NCBI RefSeq assembly: GCF_036588685.1
Contig: NC_086373.1
Span: 51,398,001-51,462,000, forward strand
Source of the DNA: Mytilus trossulus
Lineage: Eukaryota
Direction of reading: 5' to 3'
DNA length: 64,000 bases
In this document: one piece after another, positions 14,365-28,510 of the stretch
Layout of the letters: each line of letters starts with the position of its first letter
Numbering within the stretch: the stretch's first letter is position 1
Translations under genes and position numbers: made by a program
The notes under the pieces: generated by a model
Seen by the model: the letters and a program-made list of their open reading frames with translations, nothing else
What the model was told of the DNA's origin: nothing
Databases searched by the model: none

Positions 14365-17019
14365 ACTTTAGATAACCATAACAAAAACATCAAGGAACAG
14401 CAACAACGTAACGCTATCCTGGATACTTTCTCACTTTCAAGGTCATATTTGTTATAAAATAAAACAATGGATAAGATAAATGCTAATTCTAATGGCATTT
14501 ATATGAATTGTACCGCATTCCAAAGTACAAACGTGTAAATCAATATTTGTCCTGTCAATAGAATTGTCCTCCGGGGGAAATGCATCAATGTTGATAACTG
14601 TACTCATATTTCTATGTTACAGTATCAAAATAACACGCGACAATAAGCTAAGTGAAACGTGGCCACCAAATATTATCACTGTCAAATAAAAAAAAGAGAT
14701 AAGGTCACTTAATTCAAATTGTATTCGTTAAAGCTTTTCGGAACACTTATTAAACTTGGTGGAAGAATAGTTAGGAGCCCACAGGGGTTTCAATTTATAA
14801 AATTGTTAATTGAAGGATAGAACCAACATCCTACAGGAGAAGCAATTCATAGAGTAACTCCCTAAAATTTTAGTTTTTAAAAATACTGAACTCCGAGGAA
14901 AATTCAAAAAGGAACCATCATAAAAATTACAAAAACCTTTTCTAGGTCTGTATGGCATTTGCAATTTGATCAACTGTTAAAACATATGTAAAGTTTTCAA
15001 TTCTCAAAGAATTTAAATGAAGATTTAAGTTTGTTTTTTTTTAAACTATCACACAAAGTGAAATCAATATAAGGAAAATTGCCCAAACTTGATTTAAAAG
15101 TTTTATTACATTTGGTTCTATAAATTATTTGTTAAAACAAATGGTTTGAACAAATAATTAAGTTGAGAAACTAATAAGAAAATGATTTGAATGTATTCTA
15201 CCAAAATAAATTGTACGGAAATGTGCATCAACTTTTGAAATACTGAAGTCGCGTCAGTTCAAATCGACTGACACAATTTATCAACTTAATTATATCCAAC
15301 TTTGATAATTTACATTAGGTTTGACATTTCCCAAAATATCAACTTTAATCCGAATTTTACAGTTAATACACCAAAACTACCTTTATAAACGACAAGTCAC
15401 GACATTGAAGACGACATTTTAAATTACAAAATTGTACTTGTTTCTATAAATTTCGAATTCAGAACACTTAAGACTTTATTTGTATGTGATGAATAGTGTA
15501 ACAACCTGATCAAATTGATCTTTTATAGCGAACTCTATACCGATGGGTTTAGTTCAATGATGAAAGCCTTCTGGTGACCCACAAGTGTTGAAGTCTACAG
15601 CATCCTAACTATGGGGGATATTCCTCTCATTGAAAATCATAGCACATCTTCTTATTTAATATAGATATGAATATCGATCAATTACAATCCCAGAAAAGTT
15701 TTGAGAATACCGATAAAGAGTAATGAGTCAAAAAGATGGTAAAACGAAAACTTACATTCAACGAATTTTCGAAAGCAATTTATTATCGCGCTTTTTAATT
15801 GCAAGAAACCAAAAAATTAACGCGAAATTAAATTGAGGCGAATATTTTAAACAAGGATCTTCCCTTATATGCTGAAAATTTAATATTTAGAAAGTTGTGA
15901 AAATAAATCTCCGGAAAGTAGCTAAGAAAGAACTAAGCCCGAAAAAGAATCCTCGAAAAATTAGTTCACATTTCTAAATAATACAGACAATCCTATACTG
16001 CTCATGAATTTTCGCCTAAAAACATATCTAGTTAATAAAGAAATATAAGATATAAAAAAATGTTAACATAAAAAAAAAGATATTAATATAATCGTGTAGC
16101 GCCATGGTACATGTATGACACGTGAATTGATGGTCCAAACACGTGGAAACAAATCCGAGCATGGCACCAACAAGCTTCTCTGTAACATATGACGCAGCTA
16201 TACTACTCTCTTGGTGAACATAGAAATATTGCCATTCAGAGTTCTACTATATTTTCATTATATTATCACACAGAAGAACAATTATTCTGCACCTAGGGTA
16301 TTACATGTAACCACATTTTCATTAATTAACTGATCTCCATTAACATTTACTAATTATAGAATGTGAAACATGGAACATGTCACTGTAAAGCCGAAAGCAA
16401 ATTGTGTATTACAGATCCGATCAATAAATTTCATATCAAAATTAAAGATGACTGTATAATGTTCCGAATATGGATCAGAAACTTTTTCAGTCATTTTACA
16501 GGAACTATTCACAGCATGCAAATGATATTAAAGAAACCCTATATTATACATGTAATACAATTTCAAATCAAATTGAGTAATGCAAGAGAACGGTGAATGA
16601 AAAAGTATTTTTAAGGACTCTGTCTATATTATTTATGATGCAAAAATTATCATTGTTTTCAAATAAACTGTATGTATAAACAATCAGATAAGCACTTAAA
16701 ATATATATTTATCGATTGTATATTAATTCCTTGGGGGTCATACAACACAGTTACATGTTTATACAGATGGCTAAATGTTGTATGATTAAAAAAAATGACA
16801 TTTACTGATTTTTTGCATTAAAAAATGTTTGAAATAACCCATTTTGTCATTAATTTTCAAACGCGTCTGCCTAGGACACATGTCTCACTGGAACAAATGC
16901 AAATTCGTACTCCCAAGTATTTAAAAAAAATGAAGAAAAATATTACTTTAGGAATTTTGATATATTCAGTTGGTTAAGTATATAATGACCAGAGTATGCA
17001 AACAATAAAATGTACATAC

Positions 17020-17296
17020 CCGTTCTGTAAAAATCAATTACTGAATTGAAAACAGCAGGATGACGATCAAAAAAGTATTCATCTTTTTTATCTGAAAGAA
17101 CGTGGTATTCAGCAAGACGCGCAAGTCTTGTGTTCGGTATAGTCCGGAGTGTCGAAACGTGGGTCTCGTGTCGAACACCACCAACATTGAGCAAAATTCG
17201 TTCATCGTCACCCGTTTGCTTCTGGTATCCATTTTTTCTAATTGGAGTTGCACCTACATCGTCCAGAAAATTTGACGCTTTCTCCTCATCCTGCAT
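17020..17296 (-). CDS. Voltage-gated K+ channel, Shaw/Kv3-like, first coding exon (T1/BTB tetramerisation domain)
   Basis: [30 protein letters not shown]...[21 protein letters not shown] is a typical Shaw/Kv3 T1 sequence. Phase-1 donor ACGG|GTATGT at 17020/17019. Downstream exons not found. Confidence 0.88.
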
Positions 17297-19799
17297 ATCC
17301 GATCAGACATTTGAATATATATTCCGTGTTAAACAACTCTACATCAATTAATAGGTGTTAATAAACAAATTATTGAAGAAATATAAAATCATATTTAATT
17401 CTATATAGTCCTCTTGAGTCTTCGGTGAAATATCCATATATGAAAAGTAACTTCCAATTAATCGTTTCCATATTTAGTTTCATCACAGAACAGCACTAGA
17501 TTATTTGACTCTTTTATTTATTTGCAGAAAATAGTATAATTCAAGTCACGTGTTTTCCTCAACGCCGAAGTTGTTTCCCTTGTGTTATGAAAAATATACC
17601 GCCCCCTATCTTAAAGAGAATGAACAGAATATCGGAGCGCCATCAAACCTAGTCACCGTCTTCGAATTTACTTTAATGAAACATTATAATAGTAGAACAT
17701 CGGAAGAACACATCCAGGGAATAACTAGTAATTTGCCGGTGCAGTATCCTGCACTCTGTTTATCGAACTCTGTCTAAATTATTATCTTGTAATCATGGAA
17801 TAATGATGTCGATCGAACATTCATTGCTATGTAGAAGCTAGACACCATTGGGACTTTCGTGGATTGTTTTAAACACATCAATTTATTATTTATTGTCATA
17901 TAATGTATAATTCAGCAGCACTGATAAAAATTGTTGGTTCATTAAAGTGCGGAAATATTTCAAACTCTTTTATTCATTCTTGTGGAAATTCCATGTTTTT
18001 CTATAGTTAAAGAGTAAAAAAGGAGAATACATGTTATAATCCTGGAATTTATCGGAAGTGTCGTTCGAGTGCAGAGTATATAGATATTTGTGTCAGACGA
18101 AACGGTTCATTGTTTTTGTGTATCCTCTTTTGTTTATCTATTTCCTTCGTAATCCATTGTCCTTTCTTTTTCGATTAGCTTATCCACCCTATATATAATG
18201 CATGACTGTCATATAACGATAGTTAGGAGGATACTGCGACCAAGCAGACAATGACAAACTAATTATATTGATCCTAGAATTGTAATCCGTAAAATTTTAT
18301 TGCAGTTCGTCATAAACAGTAAACTTGATGCAATGATATTCTCCCGTGTGGAGTCATCCGAAACTAATTAAATTCCTTTCTCTCTAGGTATTTCAATAAA
18401 ACAGAATGCCATGCGTTTTTCAAAATGATGTAAATGTTTTTTAGATGATGTTTTTGATCATTGATTGTCCCGTATCGATTCATACGATTGTCTAGAGCAG
18501 ACTTCATCAGTGTAATTCTCACAATTGCAAAATTGACATCAAAAGTAGCCTTTTTCTCTTACAAGAAATATTCATTTCACATGCCGATGAAAAATCTATA
18601 AATATGCAATCTTATATACAATATAATTCTTTACTCTGACATCCAAAGGAAATGTCTGTTAGACATTTATTAGAGAAATCTAACAAAAAATATAATTCTA
18701 GTTTCGAAACATCTTATCTTTGAGCACAATCAATATTTTGATATTATTAGACTATGCGAACCGTCAGTTATTTCATTTATAATTTCTCTTCATAAACATC
18801 CTTATCAAAGAAAAAGCAAAATAATTGTGTTCAGTTGGCAGACACAGAGATGGCGTTGATATTTGATTTGTTTAGGAATCCGTATTAACATTGATAATTT
18901 TGTTTTGTTTACAAATTATATTTGTTTCATTGATACTATAATTGTCTGGAATTTCCCCCAACCCAACATTCATAAAAATAATTGAAATTTATTACTGAAT
19001 ATTTTTATGCGTAATCAAATATTGTTGAAGGAGTCAGGCGACCAAATCAGAATTCTTATATTTTTGGTAGTGACAAAATGATGTTCGGAAGTTCTTAGCT
19101 ACTGCTAAAATTGCATGTTGCTAATTGATCGACATCTCATCGCTCCCGTTTTTTATATGTCGCGTGGCATTACTATACCGAGTGCGTTTATAGGTATTCG
19201 TCTCCTGTTTTGCACGAATTACCCGTCATGTGAATCCACATGCAATGAAAATGTCACACAATCGGGAACATGACAGAGGATTCTTGTATCTAAAGATTTA
19301 CGTCCGCAAAAAAAATGTAGCTAGCAAGTTGAGCTACATATATTATGTATCGGTCAACTTGTAAGACTTGTTCAATTGGTCTATCAATGTGTGCTTTATG
19401 TAAACATCTTCAACCCCTTCTTATCATACAAGGAGCCACAAATGCGTTTTTCTTTAAACTTCGGTTCTTTGAGATGATGTTTGCGCCCGGAGAGAACCAA
19501 TGAATACCTATGATTGGATCGGAGCGTATTTGTCACGTGTGGTTTTCGAAATTCCAACCTCAGTGTTGACAGGCTAGTGATACAGTTTGTTTACTTATAT
19601 AGACTACGCATGCACCGATGTCCCAAACGATTTTAAAACAGTAAAAAAAAGAGAAAATATGGCAAACATTTAAAAGAATACATTTTCGAATTGCCGCGAA
19701 ATTTTGCTTTTTCTCTGCTTGCAGTACTGGTACTTTTTTTTTAGGACAAGAAAAGAATTGGGCTTATCTCGCCCATTAACACAAAGATATAACAATTAA

Positions 19800-20690
19800 G
19801 GGTATTTAACAGGTTTGGGCTCATATAGCCTTTATTTTATCCACTTTTCTCAATTTGAAATTGTTCTCCTTAGCCACTTCTTTTTCGATGTTCAATTTAC
19901 GTTCTTCTGAGTACAAGAAAATCATCTTGTCCCGTACATCTAACCAGTGGTCATGACTTCTTTTGATGGCGCTGTAGAAAGTCGGGTCTTCTTCGTTTTC
20001 GATCAGTTTATAGAGGTACAGCTTATCTGAATAAACAAGGATAAAACTGTTTTCCTTTTCAACCTCGAACAGAAAGGTCTATTGTGGGAGGTCGAGATAT
20101 ATCTTTCCTATCCTGTATCTTGTAGTTCTTTCAGTTTCAGATTTTTCCATTCCTGCATAACTTGCTGAAAGTTGACCTTCGGCACCTGTTGTACTGGCGG
20201 TCTCCTAGTGTGTACAGGAAATTTTTCTGTCATCATTTGTTACTGTGATTAACGGTTCTTCCTGTGTAATCATTTCCTCTGTATGTTGAGTGGTATTTTC
20301 CCCGTTCTCTTCGGTATTGTTGATAAGCTCTACATCGGGGTCATTTTCTAGACATTTTTTCGAGCGGGTTCTCCATTCTCACTTGTCGTTGGTGTGGACG
20401 TCGATTGTGTGGACTCCTTAGCTATGTAAGCTTCTAGACGGCGTTTGTTCCTGTCTGTTCTAGCTTTTGATGACCGTTTCCGTGTCTTTTATATTGTAGG
20501 TGACTCGGTCTGCACTTCATGTTGTCTGGACTTTTTCCATCTTTTTACTAGCTTGTAATCTCCATTGCTTGCTGAGAGGTCCCAGTTGGCGGTTTGATGT
20601 TCAAGTAAGTGTACAATGGTGAAGATATCTCCAGTCAACCACGAAGGTGAGCATGACTCATTGCTCGAAGTCATAGCGATCCACCTCTGC
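19800..20690 (-). pseudogene. Decayed ORF of unknown, probably mobile-element, origin
   Basis: GC-richer block with frame-broken coding segments on the minus strand: TIVHLLEHQTANWDL...LVKRW; KTRKRSSKARTDRNKRRLEAYIAKE; RYRIGKIYLDLPQ*TFLFEVEKENSFILVYSDKLYLYKLIENEEDPTFYSAIKRSHDHWLDVRDK. Confidence 0.45.
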
Positions 20691-22083
20691 CTGACATTGC
20701 CTGACATGTTTAACTAAATGTGGTGATTAGTCAAATACAGTACTGATACAAGCGAATCCAATCAACTAATAAAAAATTGGTGTGACCATGTGTCGATATT
20801 AAAACTTCCATGGTATGACATAAGACCTACTGTTTTACTACTAAATTTGAAAGGTGATCCCCAAAGTTAACAATATTCTTAATCAAATATTTAACGTGAA
20901 ATAGTAACAAAAAAAAAAAACCATAGACGTATTTATACGTGGAGAAATTGTGTATCTATTGTGCGAAAACGAAATACTACCACACTAAAGCAGCTATGTA
21001 TGAGGTATATAATGACACAAAACACTATCAACTCATTCTGCTAAAATGATTATTTCTTTGATATGGTGTATTAATAATTTATAGTAACGTATTGCATATT
21101 TATCGACAGAACAATACAATGGTGTTATTAAAATCGAATGTTCGATGAATTATTTATCATTACACTATTAATTGAATTGAAACCAAAGTCATACACGCTT
21201 TTATATTAATATATAATAGGTTCAACAGAATGAGTTATCTTTGAGCTGTAAATGAATTTACAAATTAATCATATGATTAATAAAAAGATCATAGTATGCA
21301 GTCGGAAAGCAAGCCCTTAGAAACGACCGTTGTTGCTACTTTCTTAAGACAACAATAGGACTGATATTAAAACCCGCCATTCTGATATTGCGTTAATATC
21401 GCGGAATTTTTTTTTGCCGCCAATTTGGAATTTTATCTTTTTTTCAGTTTCCTACTTGCCATTAGGGTCTGAAATAAATTTATTTCGATTTGCTAAGCAT
21501 GGATTTTATTATCAAAAGGGAAAAAAATCTCAAACATGCAAAGTGGCCGTCTTTTTACGATCCCGTAATGCCGTTGATCGTCGTTTCAAATTTTCTTCTT
21601 TTTTTTTTTATAGATTTACAAAGACTATATGTACTATACAAACGTTACAATTAATAATACGTATCTCAAAATTTTAAAAAAAGCATTATAAGCATAACGT
21701 TCCATCACCCCTTGGGAAACCCCGTCTGAACTAAATTCCAAAAAGAAAGACATTTTTTGACATTGTAGTTTTTCGGTCTTACACATCGATGTCACCTTGC
21801 ATCTGAACACAGTCAATGTACACACATTTAGTAGTTTGTTTGAAAAAGTAATGGCGAGATCAGCTGTGAATATTTGACTGGATTAATTATTCTCTTTAAG
21901 TCAGTGACTTAACTAAAACAAGGTAAGGAAATCTTATACTGCCTTTGCACAACCTTAACTGCTTTGGATGACTGACATGAAAATCATTCGTTGTTTATAA
22001 TAATAGATATTTTTGTGTCACAGATATCAGATAAAGGAATCCTGCAAAAGTAAATGAAAAAGTATTGTCCTAAATTTTAACAT

Positions 22084-22333
22084 AGGCAGCCAACAACCAT
22101 TTGCTTTCTGGTGGGGGTAGGGGGACGGTGGGATTGTTTTGAAGAAAAAAAGTTTGTTTCCATTTTGTGGATAAAAAATTATTTGTTTTTGACCCTGAGA
22201 AAAAAAAACATTGTTTGTTTTACCCTCAGCTGCTATTGAATGAAATACTAAAATTGAAAGAGAAGTATTGTTTTCAACTTGTCTGGAAAAAAATCCATAG
22301 TTCCCCCTCCCTGAAAACGAATGGTTGCTGCCT
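22084..22333. mobile_element. Small MITE nested in the CAG-TIR element
   Basis: AGGCAGC(CAA)CAACCATT... and ...AATGGTTGCTGCCT inverted ends, with internal G-run and C-run. Confidence 0.55.
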
Positions 22334-22655
22334 TCAAATAATCTCTTTCAGAGTATCATTTTAATCAATCTTATTCAAAACATTATCATACTGACATGAA
22401 CTGTGACTTAATTTTGACTTGTGATCTAAAACAGAATTGTTGACTTAGCCCCCAGACACTGCTCTGAAATACTTTTATATATTAAATTTATATAAAAATG
22501 CATAGTTTTTTTAATATTATTATTTTTTTCAAATAGAAAAAGAAAGACATTACTGAGTCTATTTTGTTCTTATTTATTTTCAAGTTCATGATTAGCACCA
22601 TTTATTTATTGGTTTAGTGTGTTATTTTTATATTTTTATAATTTTATTCAAATAC

Positions 22656-22692
<37 letters not shown>
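22656..22692. repeat. (AAT)n microsatellite
   Basis: About 12 perfect AAT units. Confidence 0.95.
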
Positions 22693-22694
<2 letters not shown>

Positions 22695-24537
22695 TCTTTA
22701 TTTAAAGAGAGTAACTCAATTAGAAATAGTCTAATTTTCATTGAGGCCTACCATTGTATTTTAACCTACCATTGTATTGTATTTATTGTTAACTTGTTCT
22801 CACCCTTAACATGCATGATCTATTTGCCACTGGACCGTCACTTGAAACTTAAGTTGTTAAAATGCAAATCATTGCCTCTGATTTTTTCTAAGAAATTGAC
22901 AAAGTTTACGAACATTTACGCAAAAAGAAATATCTTTTATATAATTTGAGTCCATTCATTAGAACTAACTTGCATGAAATCAATGAGACAACATTTATTG
23001 TTATATTTAGTTTGTTCATACCAGGATTGCAAACTAATTTTCCTTTTATTTAAAAATATGAAGATTTTACATACAGAATACTTCCATTATGATCAGTTTT
23101 AGGTTTAAATGAAAAGGTAGGACCAACTTGCAAGTGTCAGTAATGAAAAGGAAATCCTGGGTTTTCTTTTATCATTTTATTAAATACTGTCTTGACCCAT
23201 TGTTTATGAATATTTAGACTACCCCTTGTACAAATTGAGTAGACATTTATTTCTGTGTTAAAATAATTTGGTTGCAGTAGTAAAAATACTTACCATAAAA
23301 TGAATATTATATAAGATCTTGGAATATTAAATTAATATTAAATTATCAACCCTATCATGGCACATAGGGACACATAGGGCATATTTCACTGGGACTGAGT
23401 TCTGAAAAGTGATAAAATGTGTTCCTCTGTTTTTTTGACACATGTTTACAGTATCAAAAATATTTAATAAAATTATTTTTAAGAATATTCTCTTGTAAAT
23501 AACAGCATATGGTGCTAGATATGGTGTTCCTGATAGTGTCAAACAAAGGGACGTTACTCGTGAATTACCGTCGGCCCCGCTTCGTCAGAAATATCGACAC
23601 ATCTAACTGGCACATTTGCGTATCTTAGCATATCAACTGGCACAAATTTGACATATCATAGTCCAAGTTATGTTACATAACATAATTTAAATTCAGCATA
23701 GCTTCCCGAGAAGTTAAGAAAGAAAATTACGATTTTAACTTTCTGTGACCAATTTTTTTCGTCAACACCTTGACTTTGAAGACACATTCTGAGAGAAAAA
23801 CATGAGTTTAATCCATAATTGAGTTGAGTAATATATTTCTTATATACTCAAGCATGTTCCCTTAAAAGGAAATTAGTTTTAATTCATGCAAAAAACTACA
23901 AATTCCAAAAAACGAGCTTCACTTTTTTTTGTAAAAAAATGCCCATATATGGTAATCACATGACGTCCATTGTTGCTTTAAGAAATGGGGTCAAACCGGG
24001 GTCAGCTTTCCGACTGAATTTATGTTTTTTTTCAGTTTTCAACGCCTTCTTTTTGTGTCGTTTATCATAAGGAAAACACATTGTGACATCATCACAACAA
24101 TGACAGTAGTCAGTTTACGCTGAATAGGCACTGCACGGTCTCCAGATGCAAAGCTGTCATTCCATAATTTTCAAAGTTTAGCGTATAAGATTGAATAATT
24201 CACTTTCTAACTAGGGTAAACTACATTTGATTCTCTTATAGACCCCAGACACACCACACCAAAAAAATAGAAAAAGTTTAATCTCTAAACTGCGCTGTAG
24301 GTCCTCGATATGGGTTGGTGTTCCCCTGCATAACCAGTAATATCATGCCTTTTGCAAAATCTCAAGGACTATGGGTAATCGCATTGTTCCGACGGTACAC
24401 CAAAATAAAAATAACGTTGCGTCATTGGTTCAATTTCCATTGTTTCTCTTGAACGTTTAAAATCAATCACAACGTTTTGGTTTACGATTTTGAATATATT
24501 ACCCAGAATGCATGAGACTAAGTTATGAATCGGTGAA

Positions 24538-24929
24538 TAGACCACTTTCGAGTTCATCCGTCACCGTAAAAAACTCGTCAATTATACGCGCCTTTATCAT
24601 CGTCATTTGTGCGTTTAGGGGCGTCGTCACTTCCTTCCAATGTTGAGCGAGTGGTTGGAAAACTATAATTCTATATTGTACGAATTATTCGGCAAATTGA
24701 ATTCTCAAAATTGACAATCAACACTGCTGTCATTAGGGAAATGTCAGTAAGTACCTACAGAGCAACCACTATTTCTAGTTTATCCTGCACAAAGACGATC
24801 ACTAAGACGCTTGGTGAACGTAAATAGTGCAGGGATACAGGCGAGCCCCTCTATCTGGTAAATGACGTCATAAAGGCGTGTATAATTGACGAGTTTTTGC
24901 CGGTGACGTATGAACTCGAAAGTGGTCTA
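24538..24929. mobile_element. MITE with long (about 70-bp) TIRs, possibly ISL2EU/PHIS-like
   Basis: TAGACCACTTTCGAGTTCATCCGTCACCG...TCGTCAATTATACGCGCCTTTAT is mirrored by ATAAAGGCGTGTATAATTGACGAG...TGAACTCGAAAGTGGTCTA. AT at the boundaries. Confidence 0.8.
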
Positions 24930-25537
24930 TTATACGGGTCGACGTCTCTTTTTATTTGCGTGTTTTCAGCGATTCAGTATTAGTGATTATAAGCATTCTT
25001 TGCGAGTCGCGCATTGATTCTAGTAAGTACTTCGAGTAAACTTTGAAATTATTCTTAACTAAAAAAAACCAATCCGATATTAACATCATTAACTGTGTTA
25101 TCAATCGATGACAAATTACTGTAATTAAAAATAAGGGTTTCGTCGATTATCAGTTCATCAGATAATTTATCGCCATTCCAAAAAAAAAAACCCGGATGAA
25201 TTGATTTATTAATTCGATGATCAAAATAAAAAGATGGTTTTGATTGAAGGTTATATATTTTTGTTTGTAATCGAAAAAATTACATGAAAACATCATTAGT
25301 CAAAATGTTATTAAATAACATCAATATTACTTTCGCAGAAGCTTATACTGGTTTCATTGTAGCCTTCAAACACAGCAAGATATCTTTCATCTTATGATAT
25401 ACTCATCAACATAAGACACACATCAACTCTTGTCAGAGAGTGTTTATTCTTTATGCTTCAAGTTTTCGATAAAGATAATTTTTTGGGGGGAGGAGGTTAA
25501 AATTGAAAACAAAATCTTCAGAACAATATCTTTATAT

Positions 25538-25980
25538 AAACAAGAAAATGTGCCGGTATGATTGCCAATGCGACAACTATCCACAAAAGACCAAAATGAC
25601 ACAAACATTAACAACTATAGGTCAACGTATGGCCTTCAACAATGGGCAAAGCCTATACCGCATAGTCAGCTATAAAAGGAATCCGATAAGACAATGTAAA
25701 ACAATTCAAACGTGAAAACTAACGGCCTTATCTATATAAAACAATGAACGAAAAACAAATATGTAACACATAAACAAACGACAACCACTGAATTACAGGC
25801 TCCTGACTTGGGACAGGCACATACATAAATAATGTGGCGGTGTTAAACATGTTAGCGGGATCCCAACCCTCTCCTAACCTGGGACAGTGGTATAACAGTA
25901 CAACATTAGAACTAACTATAAAAATCAGTTGAAAAAGGCTGAACTCATCTGATAGACAAAAAATACAAGTGGACGTGGCT
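25538..25980. mobile_element. SINE-like repeat family B
   Basis: Near-identical to 14014-14364 and 38820-39140. Confidence 0.8.
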
Positions 25981-27423
25981 TAGTCAGTTAAAACCATGTT
26001 AACAATTACTGTTGAAAAGAAATACAAAATCATTATGAAGTCTAGACATATGAAAACAACAACCAGAAAATCTTCGTTCATTCATTCAGCGGTATAACTG
26101 ACTAAAACGTGTCTTAAGTTTTTAAACTATCCAGTCTTTCATTAAGATCTATTTGAGAATGGGAAAATAAAATGTAAGGTACATGAAACATTGTGTACAA
26201 ATCTTCATTTCCCACTCTGATTCCTTGTTAAATATTTGAGAAATGAATTTGCTTGTCGTGTTTCTCCTTTTTCCGTTCAGTGTATTTATAACTACGTATT
26301 AAAAGCATAATAAAAGATTCAGAGATCAGTGAATTTTATTGAGAAACAATTATTTTCGTTATCATCATTGGGAAAACGAGCATCAAGACCATCTGTAAGT
26401 TAATTTTTATTTCATTTATAGTTTAAACATACATATTTTACTGTTCAGAAACTAAACACACGGATGAGACACAAGGTTTATAACTAAGTAATGTCTTTCT
26501 TATAGTTTGGAATTATTTATGTGCTACATTCAAAGGGCCGTACATTCCCCCCTGTTATCATTTATATTATGTCAAGAGATATACACGATGTCTTAAAATT
26601 AAATTACTAGCTTTTTAAAAAGCGTGCGATTACCTCCATCTTATAAAAGAGATTTTTTTATCACTATACATTTTGGCTGATTTTATTAATTTATGGAGTG
26701 ATTCCTAATGTACATGTAGTAAACTCTTTTAAACTTAGCTTAACGTTTGATCACACACTTTTAGTAAAGAGAAATCAAGCTGCGTAAATGATAAAAATGA
26801 GTATTTGAAGCCAATGAAATTTATCTGTAGACTGTGTGGTTCATATTTCTTAAAAATTTTACATTTTTCATCAAGTCAAAGTTGATATTTTCTAAAAAAA
26901 AATATGAATATAATTATGCCCGCGTCACACTGTCCCGATTTTTTCATACGATGAACACCCGAATGCGAAAATTGTAAGTTCGTACGAAGATGGTCCCGGT
27001 CTCGTTAAAATACCAAAATGTGAACGAAGCAAGTACGATGAATAACGAAGTCTATACGATGGTGCCGAAATTACACACGATAGCGAAAGATGGACATACG
27101 AATGGTAACTGAAGACGGATATTTAAGCTTCATATCTCAGTCGAAGCCTACACGATGGATCACGAAGGCTACACGATGGATTACGATGATAGCGCGATGG
27201 CCATACGATGTATAAAAGACGTCGTGTACAGCTTATGATGATGGACTTGTTTTTTTCTCCTTGAAATAGCATATACAGGAATTTGGTTGCTCATTTGTTT
27301 TACCTGCTGGTTCTAAAGACAATATTATTACTGAATGTTTTGGTTGATTTCTAAAAAAATGGTTAATGTATCAAATATGCATATTCAATTTACCATTTTC
27401 TGCATGTGTCATATACAAATATA

Positions 27424-27895
27424 GTAAAATTAAAATTGAAAATGGAAATGGGGAATGTGTCAAAGAGACAACAACCCAAACATAGATAAAAACAACAGCA
27501 GAAGGTCACCAACAGGTCTTCAATGTAGCGATAAATGCCTGCACCCGGAGGAATCCTTCAGCTGGCCCCTAAAAATATATACTAGTTCAGTGATAATGAA
27601 CGCCATACTAATTTCCAAATGTACACAAGAAACTAAAATTAAAATGATACAAGACTAACAAAGGCCAGAGGCTCCTGACTTGGGACAGGCGCAACAATGC
27701 GGCGGGGTCAAACATGTTTGTGAGATCTCAACCCCTCCCCCTATACCTCTAGCCAATGTAAGAAAGTAAACGCATAACAATACGTACATTAAAATTCAGT
27801 TCAAGAGAAGTCCGAGTCTGTTGTCAGAAGATGTAACCAAAGAAAATAAACAAAATGACAATAATACATAAATAACAAAAGACTACTAGCAGTTA
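27424..27895. mobile_element. SINE-like repeat family A
   Basis: AATGGAAATGGGGAATGTGTCAAAGAGACAAC... matches 45334 and the reverse complement of 4780-5630. Confidence 0.8.
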
Positions 27896-28510
27896 TACTG
27901 TCCATATTTGTCCCCAATATGTTACAAACGAGGATATGCCACGCTCGGCATTGCCTTGATTGAACTGTAAAATGTGTGCACTAGTCTGAATATTCACCCA
28001 TAATTATGCCCATGTTTAATGATCTATCTTAAATGTTAGGTAATTGGTTCGTTGATCCCTTTTATTCAAAAAGAGCTTTTTCCTAAGAGAATATCATAAT
28101 AATATAGACAAAAGGAAAGAAAGCAACAAATACGGCCAAATATGACATATAGAAAACAAAATGGTTATGGGGTACACACTCGTTTGACAACAACTCGGAC
28201 GATACATAAAAAATCAGAATAATGAAGAAAAAGTGTGTTTCCCTATATACGTGTACCTGCAGTGTTGGTGTACGAGGCGCGTTTATGATTTTCATTATGT
28301 TACTTGAAATGAAAAATGGTCAAAAAAATAATATTTTACTTGTAAAAGTAAATCCTGAGCCTGTTATAGCTGCTCTTCCTGTTCCATTTTAACAACGATG
28401 GCGCCTTTCTTGTTCTCATAGAATCATATTATATGAGCTCCATGTTTTGTGAACGTCTTTCTTAACTGTCGTATTAGACTGACTAGTGCGTATCGTGCAT
28501 GGCACTTTAA

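Larger units (their letters stand above)
21299..24016. mobile_element. Non-autonomous TIR DNA transposon (CAG-starting TIR, possibly hAT-like)
   Basis: Perfect 12-bp TIR CAGTCGGAAAGC / GCTTTCCGACTG plus a subterminal inverted match (TTTCTTAAGACAACAATAGGA vs TCCATTGTTGCTTTAAGAAA). Flanks ATAGTATG / AATTTATG (5/8) may be a decayed 8-bp TSD. Confidence 0.6.

Noticed and set aside
585-16600. Many 60-85-aa ORFs
   Set aside because: AT-rich chance frames or repeat-derived, with no recognisable motifs or supporting splice structure.
22617-22949. 110-aa ORF with a poly-Ile run
   Set aside because: Produced by the (AAT)n microsatellite.
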